From positions 195,141 to 259,140 of the IMG/VR virus record IMGVR_UViG_3300034072_001021: 64,000 nucleotides of DNA; one strand, given 5' to 3'. Both the position numbers and the translations under genes were made by a program. Position 1 is the stretch's first letter. Each line of letters starts with the position of its first letter. The notes under the pieces are model-generated. The model saw nothing but the letters and a program-made list of their open reading frames with translations, did not search any database and was not told where the DNA came from. This document shows, piece after piece, positions 18,245 to 26,958 of the stretch.

Positions 18245-20335
18245 ATGCGTCGAATCACTGCACGCAGTTTCATGAACCTCGACATCCATGCGATGTGGCC
18301 ACTGCCTGATGAAAAGATGGAAGTGGAATTCGATGACGGTGTCATCGAGACCAACACTCGCCGCATGGTGCTGAGCTGGTTCTGTTGGGAACTGCATCGT
18401 AAGTTCCCACTCACCCCGTTGAACAAATCCCACTATGTGGGCAATGGGTTCCCGAGTGCGGACATGGTGCCGAAAACCATCTCCAACATCGTCCACGACC
18501 TCCACTACACCTACTTCGGTGACGGTCATCCTGAGATCCGTGATCACGATGCTGTGTATGATCGTGAAGAGGTATGGCGGGTCGTTAAGGATGTAGGTAA
18601 CGAGATCTACAACGTCCTGTCGATCAACCTGGAAGAGTGGCAAGTATCGATCAACGCGTTCCATCTGGACGAGCTGTTCTGGTACGAACCTATCGTCAAG
18701 ATCCGCGACTCGCTGGAGCCTACCCAGATCTCCATCAGCCATGCGCTCGATGCAGCTGGGCAGATCCTGATGAAAGATCCGGCGATTCTGCACAACCCGA
18801 TCGTTCGGGGCCTGCGCAGTAAGCAGATCAAGATGGGCCAGTTCCTGCAGATCCTGGTGTGCCTGGGCTTCCGAGACGACCTGGATCAGACCATCTTCCG
18901 GAAGCCGGTGATCAAGGGCTTCTATGAAGGTCTGACCACCTTGCACGATATCATGATCGAGTCGTGCTCGGCCAAGAAGGCGCTGATGTTCACCAAGAAG
19001 CCTCTGCAGATCGTAGAGTACTTTAACCGTAAGATGCAGCTGTCTACGGTGGTGGTCGATAAGCTCCTCTGGGAAGACTGTGGGTCGGATCGCTACTCCG
19101 AGATCTACGTGGACTCCGTGATCCTGCCGCACCTGGAAGGTAAGCTGTACCTGGGCTCCAATGGTAAGCTGACGCCGGTACGTCAAGATGACCACAAGCT
19201 GGTGGGTAAAACCATCAAGATGCGCTCTGCGTTCAACTGCAAGCATCGTGGCGAAGGGGCTGTCTGTCGTGTCTGCTTCGGTGAACTGGCTTGGTCGATT
19301 CCTCGCTTCACTTCCCTCGGTCACACCTGTGCTACCGAACTGTGCCGTGAGGGTTCTCAGCGTACGCTGTCCGTCAAGCACTTGGACGGTAGTTCGATGG
19401 TGGAGGTCATCGAGATCCCGGAAGAGTATCAGTCGTACATCGAAGTCTGCGCAGCCAACACCGACGCCGATGGCGATGGTAACGTGGAACTGCAAGTGGA
19501 CGTCGAGCTACTCGGTGAAGAGATCCCGCAGAGTGCCGATGAAAGTTCGCTGATCAAGTTCAACTCGCGTATCGCCAAGATGACCCCCATGCTCATCCTG
19601 AAGTCGACTCCCGAGAAGAATATCGAGAACGCGTCCAACCTGGTGAACCTGAACAAGGACACCAACATCAAGCACCTGAACATCCATCGCTTCACTGCGT
19701 TCCGTGAAGTGCAGTTGCGGATGGTCAACCTGCGTGAAGAAGCCACTGAGGTCTACGTCCCGGTAAGCCAGGGTGCCCGTCTGGGTTCCTTGACCCGCCT
19801 GCTCCTGAACCACATTCAGGAAAATGGCTACACTGTCGACGAGAACGGTGACTTCTGCATCGACCTGAGCAACTGGGACTTCTCGTCCCCGGCGTTCAGC
19901 CTGCCGCGTCGTCATGCCAGTACGCTGGACTTCATGGCAGAGGTCGAGGCATTCATTCGCTCGCCGTCCAAGAAGTCTGAGCGCAATGGCTTTGCTGGCC
20001 GTATGCTCACCAGTTACACCGACCCTGTGACGGCACTGGTAGACTTCAGCGATCTGGTCAACTCAAAGCTGCGTGTTAACATCGCGCCCTTGGAGGTAAT
20101 CCTGCTGAGTCTCATGCGTCCTGCCGATGATCCTGACGACTATAACCTTCCGGATTACGATCGCCCGATCAAGTTCGAAGAACATCGTCGGCTGATCCAG
20201 GAACGCTCCGCTGGCCAGATCTTCGCCTACGAACGGCAACCGGACTACATCGAGGATGTCAACGCGTATTCGCCGCACAAGCGCACGCCCGGCCTGCTCG
20301 ATCCGTTTGTGTTCCCTGAGGTGATCAATACCTGA
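18245..20335 (+). CDS. non-virion RNA polymerase beta' C-terminal subunit (phiKZ gp74-like)
   Basis: EYFNRKMQL bridge-helix region, EDCGS, RSAFNC..VCRVCFG Zn site, QRTLSVKH trigger-loop region. Confidence 0.92.
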   Translation: MRRITARSFMNLDIHAMWPLPDEKMEVEFDDGVIETNTRRMVLSWFCWELHRKFPLTPLNKSHYVGNGFPSADMVPKTISNIVHDLHYTYFGDGHPEIRDHDAVYDREEVWRVVKDVGNEIYNVLSINLEEWQVSINAFHLDELFWYEPIVKIRDSLEPTQISISHALDAAGQILMKDPAILHNPIVRGLRSKQIKMGQFLQILVCLGFRDDLDQTIFRKPVIKGFYEGLTTLHDIMIESCSAKKALMFTKKPLQIVEYFNRKMQLSTVVVDKLLWEDCGSDRYSEIYVDSVILPHLEGKLYLGSNGKLTPVRQDDHKLVGKTIKMRSAFNCKHRGEGAVCRVCFGELAWSIPRFTSLGHTCATELCREGSQRTLSVKHLDGSSMVEVIEIPEEYQSYIEVCAANTDADGDGNVELQVDVELLGEEIPQSADESSLIKFNSRIAKMTPMLILKSTPEKNIENASNLVNLNKDTNIKHLNIHRFTAFREVQLRMVNLREEATEVYVPVSQGARLGSLTRLLLNHIQENGYTVDENGDFCIDLSNWDFSSPAFSLPRRHASTLDFMAEVEAFIRSPSKKSERNGFAGRMLTSYTDPVTALVDFSDLVNSKLRVNIAPLEVILLSLMRPADDPDDYNLPDYDRPIKFEEHRRLIQERSAGQIFAYERQPDYIEDVNAYSPHKRTPGLLDPFVFPEVINT

Positions 20336-20347
20336 GCTTAACAAATC

Positions 20348-20377
20348 GAAGGGAGGGCAACCTCCCTTCTTCTTTTT
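20348..20377 (+). terminator. intrinsic terminator
   Basis: GAAGGGAGG-GCAA-CCTCCCTTC plus T-tract. Confidence 0.8.
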
Positions 20378-20390
20378 CGTTTGGAGGTTT

Positions 20391-20456
20391 ATGGTGTATG
20401 TGGAAGGCGTGGGACTATATAGGATTTCTATGGACGTCCTTGGACTTGTTTTTTGA
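20391..20456 (+). CDS. possible 21-aa small ORF (MVYVEGVGLYRISMDVLGLVF)
   Basis: GGAGG RBS at good spacing; no other support. Confidence 0.25.
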   Translation: MVYVEGVGLYRISMDVLGLVF

Positions 20457-20513
20457 TAACAATGTAGGGATTCTTATGTAGAAAGGGTTTATGCGGGTTA
20501 ACAGGGCATTCCA

Positions 20514-22670
20514 ATGAAAATCGATGTGTATAGTCATGCCATCCGTGTAACTGATGTCATTACAGATCGCGACTTGCAAGCAATGATGTCGTTCTGTCGT
20601 CCGTTGGTTGAATACGGATTCGAGAAGAAAGGGAAGCGGTTTGTCCCTAAGGGTCTCCGTACATACGCGTCTGCAACACGTAATCGCAAAGAGTTCGGTT
20701 TTCATCGGAATCAACTGCAAGATTTGAAACGCCATTTGTTTCAGAATCATGGTTACGTGGAGCGACTCGTTCCGATAACTTATCATCCTATCGAAGAGAT
20801 CAAGGTCGAGAAAGTTGAATTTGAAATCCGCAAGATGCATTCTCCTCGTGAGAAGCAGGTGGGTATCATCGACTACGTACTGGATGATGAGAATCCTGCA
20901 TGGGATGCCATCATTAAGATGGTTACGTTGCAGACAGGTGGTGGTAAAGCACTGTCAGTAAAAACACCAGTACGTATACCTGGTGGCTGGAAGCTGATGG
21001 GTCAGTTGAAGGTGGGTGATGAGATCATTGCTCGCGACGGATCAACGACCACAGTGAAAGGATATTATCCTCAAGGCCCGAGAAAGATGTACCGGGTTAC
21101 ATTTGAGGATGGTCGATGGGTCGACGCTGACCTTGAACATCTGTGGTATGTCCAGACATTCTCTGGATGGAGGACGGTCACTACCGAGACCATCATGTCC
21201 ATGATGAGTCGTCGGGCCGCTGTGAGCATTCCGCTTATTGAGCCAGAACGAGATAAGCTCAGGGAGCGCTTTGTCTCCATTGTCAGAGCACTCGGAACTG
21301 CTAAAGACGGTACATTCACAGTTAAAACCACCGATGCCAACAAACTGGCCTATCAGGTCCGTTCTGTAGGCGGTAAAGCATCCGTCCGGGACATGGGCGA
21401 CGGGTATTCCGCAGTCACTGTGGAGAAGCGTCCCAAAGAAAGAACACTGGCTATCCGCTCTATTGTTCCAGTAGGTGTCGAGGAAGCTGCATGTATCGAA
21501 ATCCACCACGAAGAAAAGCTTTACGTTGTGAAGGACTTCATTGTCACCCACAACACCTTCGTGGCTCAGTACTGCATGAACCAGCTAGGTGCACGCACCA
21601 TCATCCACTTCAAGGGTGGTTACGTGCAGCGTTGGAAAGACGATCTGGAGGAAACCTTCAACTTCAAACGTGGGGAGTTCCTGATTGTCCGTGGCTCCAA
21701 AGATCTGGCAGCATTGCAGCAGATGAGTCTTGATGGTGACCTGAAAGCTAAAGTCATTATCATCACTTCGGCTACGATGCGTGATTACATCAAGGACTAC
21801 GAAGAATCCAACGGACATAGCAAGCAGTTCCCAATCAAGCCTATCGATTTCTACCCGAAATTGGGTATTGGCTTCCGGGTCACTGACGAACTGCACCAAG
21901 AGTTCCACAACAACTACAGGATCGACCTCTATACCCACGTGCCCAAGTCGCTTGGTCTGTCTGCCACCATGGTCAGCTCAGACGCTTTCAAGAACAAGGT
22001 GTACGACATCGCCTATCCGGTAATGCAACGGCATGACGGTGGCGGGTATCACGTTTACATCGGTGTGATGGCTGTACTGTATCACATGGATGAAGATGTG
22101 CGGATTCGTTACATGGGTGCCCAAGGGTACTCACACACGACATTCGAAGAATCGATCATGCGACATAAAGGCCTGCTGAAGAACTACCTCAAGATCATCG
22201 ATCATGCGATTTACCATCGCTTCGTTTCGGTGCGCGAGGAAGGTCAGTCTGCACTGGTGTTCTTCGCCAGGGTAGATATGTGCACGCTGATGGTCGAACG
22301 CCTGAAGAAGATGTACCCTGAACTGAACATCGTCCGTTACGTAGGTTCTGAGAACGATTCGTACGAAGACTTCTTGGAAGCAGACATTGCGGTATCGACG
22401 ATCGGTTCTGCCGGTACTGCTGTTGACAAGCCCAACCTGCGGTCGAGTTTCATGACCACAGCGATCGATTCGCGCCAATCTAACGAGCAAGTACTGGGTC
22501 GTACCCGTCCGCTTAAAGACTGGCCACACGTGACTCCTGAGTTCATTTACTTCGGGTGTCTAGAAATCGATAACCACATGAAGTACCACCGTAACAAGAA
22601 AACGTTCTTCCACAGCAAAGTGCTGAGTCATGGGGAAATGATTTCTCGTTACGCGTTAACCCTGAAATAA
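20514..22670 (+). CDS. SF2 helicase (phiKZ gp75-like), intein-containing
   Basis: Walker A QTGGGK/T split by an intein; motif II DELH, motif III GLSAT, motif VI QVLGRTR. Confidence 0.92.
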   Translation: MKIDVYSHAIRVTDVITDRDLQAMMSFCRPLVEYGFEKKGKRFVPKGLRTYASATRNRKEFGFHRNQLQDLKRHLFQNHGYVERLVPITYHPIEEIKVEKVEFEIRKMHSPREKQVGIIDYVLDDENPAWDAIIKMVTLQTGGGKALSVKTPVRIPGGWKLMGQLKVGDEIIARDGSTTTVKGYYPQGPRKMYRVTFEDGRWVDADLEHLWYVQTFSGWRTVTTETIMSMMSRRAAVSIPLIEPERDKLRERFVSIVRALGTAKDGTFTVKTTDANKLAYQVRSVGGKASVRDMGDGYSAVTVEKRPKERTLAIRSIVPVGVEEAACIEIHHEEKLYVVKDFIVTHNTFVAQYCMNQLGARTIIHFKGGYVQRWKDDLEETFNFKRGEFLIVRGSKDLAALQQMSLDGDLKAKVIIITSATMRDYIKDYEESNGHSKQFPIKPIDFYPKLGIGFRVTDELHQEFHNNYRIDLYTHVPKSLGLSATMVSSDAFKNKVYDIAYPVMQRHDGGGYHVYIGVMAVLYHMDEDVRIRYMGAQGYSHTTFEESIMRHKGLLKNYLKIIDHAIYHRFVSVREEGQSALVFFARVDMCTLMVERLKKMYPELNIVRYVGSENDSYEDFLEADIAVSTIGSAGTAVDKPNLRSSFMTTAIDSRQSNEQVLGRTRPLKDWPHVTPEFIYFGCLEIDNHMKYHRNKKTFFHSKVLSHGEMISRYALTLK
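20949..21554 (+). mobile_element. class-3 (Ala1, W-C-T) intein, 202 aa, with degenerate endonuclease remnant
   Basis: Starts ALSVKTPV..GW..MG.L.VGD; block B DADLEHLW; block F EAACIEI; ends IVTHN/T. Confidence 0.9.
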
Positions 22671-22672
22671 GC

Positions 22673-22696
22673 TAGGGAGGGGTCATCCCCTCCCTA
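22673..22696 (+). terminator. hairpin without U-tract
   Basis: TAGGGAGGGG-TCAT-CCCCTCCCTA. Confidence 0.55.
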
Positions 22697-22721
22697 TGCC
22701 CAACTACCAAGAGGAATGACC

Positions 22722-23681
22722 ATGATCGAGAAACACGAAGAACAGGTGCTGACAGTCATCAATCAAATGGCCCAGGTCATGGGCGATCCCAGCTACGTAT
22801 CGGCCTACCCTGCGCTGCACGGTATGTTCGTGAGCATGCGCATGGGTCTGGATGCACTCACTGGCACTATTCTTGGCAGTATGCGTCGAGAAGCGGTCCA
22901 TGGCATGGATCAGGCAGCAATGCTGTACAAGATCGTGACGGGTAAGTCGGCCGGCATTCCTGAAGGTTTCATCGAGAACTTCAACCCGCTCAACGGCATT
23001 TCCTCTTATCCAAAGCGTACGGTGTCGGGGATCGTCAACTACGCCAAGAAGTGGCACGGTCTGGACAATGAGATCCTGACGTTCAATCAGAACGGTACTA
23101 TCGCAGAGTACAATACCGAAGACAACTCGGTAAAAGTGCTCTTCGAGGGTTCCGATGCATACCTCGTGTTAGAGAGCGCTGATAGCAACCGCGCCAAGTT
23201 CCATTCCCCACTGATGTACGAGCCGCTGACCATTTCGGTAAATGTGCTGTGGATGGAGCAAACGTTCTCCAAACCCCTTATTGATTTACTGTGTGTACAA
23301 GAGCACATCGTGGACGACAGTAAGGAGGTTCTGGGCAACCTGTGGGATACGCCGGATGCACACTTCAAAACCCGAGAGATGCCGGAGGCTGGCACTCAAC
23401 TCAAGGTATTGTTGAGTGGTCGGATGTATGGTCGCGCTTGCCGTGGGTTCTGTCGCTTCAACTTCAACGGTTATCAGTTCACGCTCGAGACCGAGGAGTG
23501 CTGGGAACCCACGCGCCACCACAAGTTCAAAATCACCACGGTTACCATGGTAGACGGCGGTAGTACAGTTTACCAGTGGTACCATAACCCGATTCTGGTT
23601 ATGGATCTGCGGGACAATATCGAGCACATCATGAAAGACCTGCTCGATAAACATGAACTGGAAATGAAAGAGGAGTCCTGA
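22722..23681 (+). CDS. hypothetical protein, about 320 aa
   Basis: RBS GAGG; long ORF with phage-typical codons. Confidence 0.8.
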   Translation: MIEKHEEQVLTVINQMAQVMGDPSYVSAYPALHGMFVSMRMGLDALTGTILGSMRREAVHGMDQAAMLYKIVTGKSAGIPEGFIENFNPLNGISSYPKRTVSGIVNYAKKWHGLDNEILTFNQNGTIAEYNTEDNSVKVLFEGSDAYLVLESADSNRAKFHSPLMYEPLTISVNVLWMEQTFSKPLIDLLCVQEHIVDDSKEVLGNLWDTPDAHFKTREMPEAGTQLKVLLSGRMYGRACRGFCRFNFNGYQFTLETEECWEPTRHHKFKITTVTMVDGGSTVYQWYHNPILVMDLRDNIEHIMKDLLDKHELEMKEES

Positions 23682-23699
23682 TCCATCACAATCCATCGA

Positions 23700-23738
23700 T
23701 TCGAATTTATTTCAACAATACATAGTGCTGTTGAATAA
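23700..23738 (+). promoter_or_regulatory. putative early promoter inside an inverted repeat
   Basis: 24 nt identical to 39572-39595; TTCAACA-N11-TGTTGAA flanks ATACAT. Confidence 0.75.
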
Positions 23739-23763
23739 ACCAATCGAATCGATGGAGGTTCGC

Positions 23764-24006
23764 ATGAACATGCTCTATAAAAACATCAATGCGAACTTCC
23801 GCATTGTACTGGACTTCGGTATGGAATACAACCATGCCAAAAAGATCGTAGCTCGCCTTGCTGGCAAGATCATTCTTGACATCAAACATGACGGCGACGA
23901 TCATGTACGCATTGAGTACATCGAACACGGCATCAAAAACCGTGTACGCTTCAACAAAGTGATGGTCGAAGCTTATGACCTTGATGCTGCTCTGGCTGCA
24001 CTGTAA
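23764..24006 (+). CDS. small hypothetical protein, putatively early
   Basis: GGAGG RBS before ATG 23764; own promoter and terminator. Confidence 0.75.
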   Translation: MNMLYKNINANFRIVLDFGMEYNHAKKIVARLAGKIILDIKHDGDDHVRIEYIEHGIKNRVRFNKVMVEAYDLDAALAAL

Positions 24007-24016
24007 AAGGATTACG

Positions 24017-24061
24017 GCATAGAGGGAGGCTCAGGCCTCCCTCTATGTCTATTTCTTTTTT
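24017..24061. terminator. bidirectional hairpin terminator
   Basis: GCATAGAGGGAGGC-TCAG-GCCTCCCTCTATGT plus T-tract. Confidence 0.85.
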
Positions 24062-24077
24062 GGCTTACGGCAACAGC

Positions 24078-26948
24078 TTATAATCCGTAATATGCCAGCA
24101 CATTTTGACGGGACTTCTCGTTAGGGATGTCCTTCAGCACGTCTTCCCACTTGATCAGACGCTTCACAGCCAGGTCACGCTTTTCCGGATCAGCAGTCGA
24201 CATCAGCACCGAGGTCAGGTTGTTGAAGTTACGCAGGCCTTTGGTACCGATGGCCATCTGACCAACACCGGTGTAGATCTTCTTGGCCGAGCAGATATCT
24301 TTGCTGTGCTCGTGGAAGAAGTTCAGCAGCTCAGTCCAGCCTTGGACGAAGTCTTCGCCATCCAGACGCAGGACACGACTGATGCAGCGATCCAGCAGGG
24401 TCTGGTACGGCGCTGCTTTCACAGCGTTGTCACCAGCTTCATCACGACCTTTGGCGTAGCTCTTCAGGTCTTCGCTCACGAACTTGACAGTCATCGTCAT
24501 TGACTCCTCATGAATGTCACTGATACGCTTCTTAATGGAAGCAGCGTCCAGTTGGGTTGAAATACTGAACAGACGAGCAGCACGACTTGCAAGTGCAGCT
24601 TCATCTGTGTTGATGCCTGGAAGGATCTGACCACGGGCCCAAGCTTTGATCTCGCGCTTAGTCCAGTGTTCTACCTTACGATGGTCACGGTTCCGATCGC
24701 GGACGTAGATGCCCGACGGTGTGGATGGAACCCGAATACCGTTGAGAACATAAGATCTGGCATCTTCACGGTACCAGAAGACCGGTACTTTGAATCTGAC
24801 GTAGATCTCTTCCCAGAGGTCTTCTTCAGGCGCCTTCTCAGTAGCTGAGATTTGCTTTCGCAACCATGCCTTCAGTTCAGCGTCACGCCATTCGATTGGC
24901 AGCTTATTTGGACGAGTGGGATCATTGATGAACACACCGTCTTCGAGCGCCAATGGACGTACGTTGGATTTCAGATAATCAACAACCTCATCGACAGACC
25001 AGTGCACAGCACTTGTGTTGAACTGCACGCTAATCAAACGCTTTGCACGTTCGATGCACTCTGGATCACGCACCGAGAAATCAGCATGGACTTCGTCATT
25101 GGCCAAAGCCTTGATTTCGTCCCACGACCATGACAGAGGACTGTCCAACTTACGCAACCGATCTTCAACCAGAACACCGTTGGTGGTCTTGAGAGGGTTC
25201 ACCGAGTTGCGGTAGAAGTTGTAGATGTGATCGTCAGTCCAGTGCGGATCGATCCTGAACTTAGAACGGATAGCCAGAAGAACATCTGCTTCAGAGAAGT
25301 TAGATGCTTTCACATCACCTTTCAGATACCCGATCAACTCCTCCTCACTTGCGTAATTCGGATTTGTGATTTCAGGCAGTTCTTCAGCAGGCGTCTCACC
25401 ATTTGCAATGTAAGCAATCGCTTGCTCATCATTGTAACGGTCTGGCACTCGGAACTTGATCCGAGCAGAAAGCAGCACCAGGCTCTTGGGTTTGCTGGTG
25501 TTGGCCTTACCTTGAGCCCAGGCCTTCAATGTCTCTGTAGACCAGTCTGCCGGATGTTCCTTGTCACGGTTCCGATCATTGAGCAGTACGCCGCTGTTAA
25601 AGCCCTCTGGGAGCTTCCCTGTAGCGAAGTAAGCATGAAGGTCAACGTCTGTCCAGTTATCGACAGCTGTCGTACAACGCGCTCGTAGAGCGGCCATGAG
25701 CGTGGCATGTGTGACATTCATCCCCATGGGGATCAGACCCCACACCCAGCCGATCAGCTCAGACGCAGTCCATTCGGAGGCAGTCAGGAACTTACGCCGT
25801 TCGACATTGTCGATGACTTCCTTACCGATAGCGTGACAGAGTGCATTTACCAGTTCTTTATCTTCGGTAACGACCACGGAAACTTGAGAAGGTTCTTCGT
25901 GAACTTCCTCATTGACCACAATGGGTTCTTCCGACGTGCCCTCACTGACGACATCATCAACTGGGAGATCGTCTGCCGATGCAACTTCTTCGACAACGAC
26001 GGGTTCTTCGTCATGGTCTTCTTGGACGACCTCTGCTTCATCCTCGGTTGGATTACTTTCGGTAACCTCATCGATGACTTCCTCTTCTACCGGATAACGG
26101 GCAGCAAGTACAGCAGACGCTTCAGTATCACCACTTTCAATCAGACTGTTCAGTTGATCGTCCGAGTAAGAAGCGTAATCATGAGTGAAGCTCGGGACTT
26201 CTCCAGTGGACACCCAATGACGAAGCTCGTCGATACCCCAGAACCATTCACCACCAAAGTGACTGATCGCTGTCTTCAACAACTCGGGGTTATCGGACTC
26301 GATCTCACCGAGTACCCAAGCGTGCAGCTCAGGATCACTCCACTTGTCCGCCTCTTTATCGAGACGATTACGATCATTGACCAACACACCTGTGCTAGTC
26401 ATTGCCGGATAAACAGATTTCTGGATGTACTGGCAGTAATCTTCGAACGTGATGCCCATCGGCAACTCGAAACGGTTACATGCCTCATCAATGGCGTACA
26501 TCTGGTATTTCTCAGGGGTTCCGAAGAACCCCATGCCCAGATCAATCAACTCACTGTCATTCCAGTGAGTGGCATCTTTGACCCAGCGATCTGGATCGTT
26601 GACGTAGTTGCCGTTGATGGTCTTCTCAGGGACCTTCTCGAAGAGCAGCCAGTTGTCGAGGTCTTCTTCACCCCAACTTACAGCATCTTTATCTTCGAGC
26701 ACGGCCTTGGAACGCACTGCTACGTAGAACTCAGTGGTGCCGGTAGTGTAGTTGGTGAACAGTTCGCCAGACGCTAGGGCGTACAGTTCAGCCAGACTCC
26801 ACTCGTTGAGAGGTTTGGCCTCACGCTCAACGTCGCCCACCCAGAGACCGTTACTGGTCTTGGCTGGTTCTCTCCCGAACTGCTCGTACAAAGAGACTTC
26901 TCTCTTCGACCAAGCAGCAGGATAGCGGCCGTCGTATTTGTCGGACAT
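24078..26948 (-). CDS. 956-aa protein with tandem Trp-rich repeats and a distinct C-terminal domain (phiKZ gp79-like position)
   Basis: Recurrent GV(L/F)(V/I)NDxxR...W(S/T)xxELxAWxxG units; adjacent to the vRNAP subunit gene. Confidence 0.85.
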   Translation of the reverse strand: MSDKYDGRYPAAWSKREVSLYEQFGREPAKTSNGLWVGDVEREAKPLNEWSLAELYALASGELFTNYTTGTTEFYVAVRSKAVLEDKDAVSWGEEDLDNWLLFEKVPEKTINGNYVNDPDRWVKDATHWNDSELIDLGMGFFGTPEKYQMYAIDEACNRFELPMGITFEDYCQYIQKSVYPAMTSTGVLVNDRNRLDKEADKWSDPELHAWVLGEIESDNPELLKTAISHFGGEWFWGIDELRHWVSTGEVPSFTHDYASYSDDQLNSLIESGDTEASAVLAARYPVEEEVIDEVTESNPTEDEAEVVQEDHDEEPVVVEEVASADDLPVDDVVSEGTSEEPIVVNEEVHEEPSQVSVVVTEDKELVNALCHAIGKEVIDNVERRKFLTASEWTASELIGWVWGLIPMGMNVTHATLMAALRARCTTAVDNWTDVDLHAYFATGKLPEGFNSGVLLNDRNRDKEHPADWSTETLKAWAQGKANTSKPKSLVLLSARIKFRVPDRYNDEQAIAYIANGETPAEELPEITNPNYASEEELIGYLKGDVKASNFSEADVLLAIRSKFRIDPHWTDDHIYNFYRNSVNPLKTTNGVLVEDRLRKLDSPLSWSWDEIKALANDEVHADFSVRDPECIERAKRLISVQFNTSAVHWSVDEVVDYLKSNVRPLALEDGVFINDPTRPNKLPIEWRDAELKAWLRKQISATEKAPEEDLWEEIYVRFKVPVFWYREDARSYVLNGIRVPSTPSGIYVRDRNRDHRKVEHWTKREIKAWARGQILPGINTDEAALASRAARLFSISTQLDAASIKKRISDIHEESMTMTVKFVSEDLKSYAKGRDEAGDNAVKAAPYQTLLDRCISRVLRLDGEDFVQGWTELLNFFHEHSKDICSAKKIYTGVGQMAIGTKGLRNFNNLTSVLMSTADPEKRDLAVKRLIKWEDVLKDIPNEKSRQNVLAYYGL

Positions 26949-26958
26949 GGAATGATCC

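Noticed and set aside
16324-18426. 700-aa minus-strand ORF, and similar long antisense ORFs (13770-15233, 18080-19495, 29536-31110, 50476-51804, 53289-54611, 55843-57441)
   Set aside because: They mirror strongly codon-biased sense genes, which suppresses antisense stops; they have no RBS or recognisable motifs
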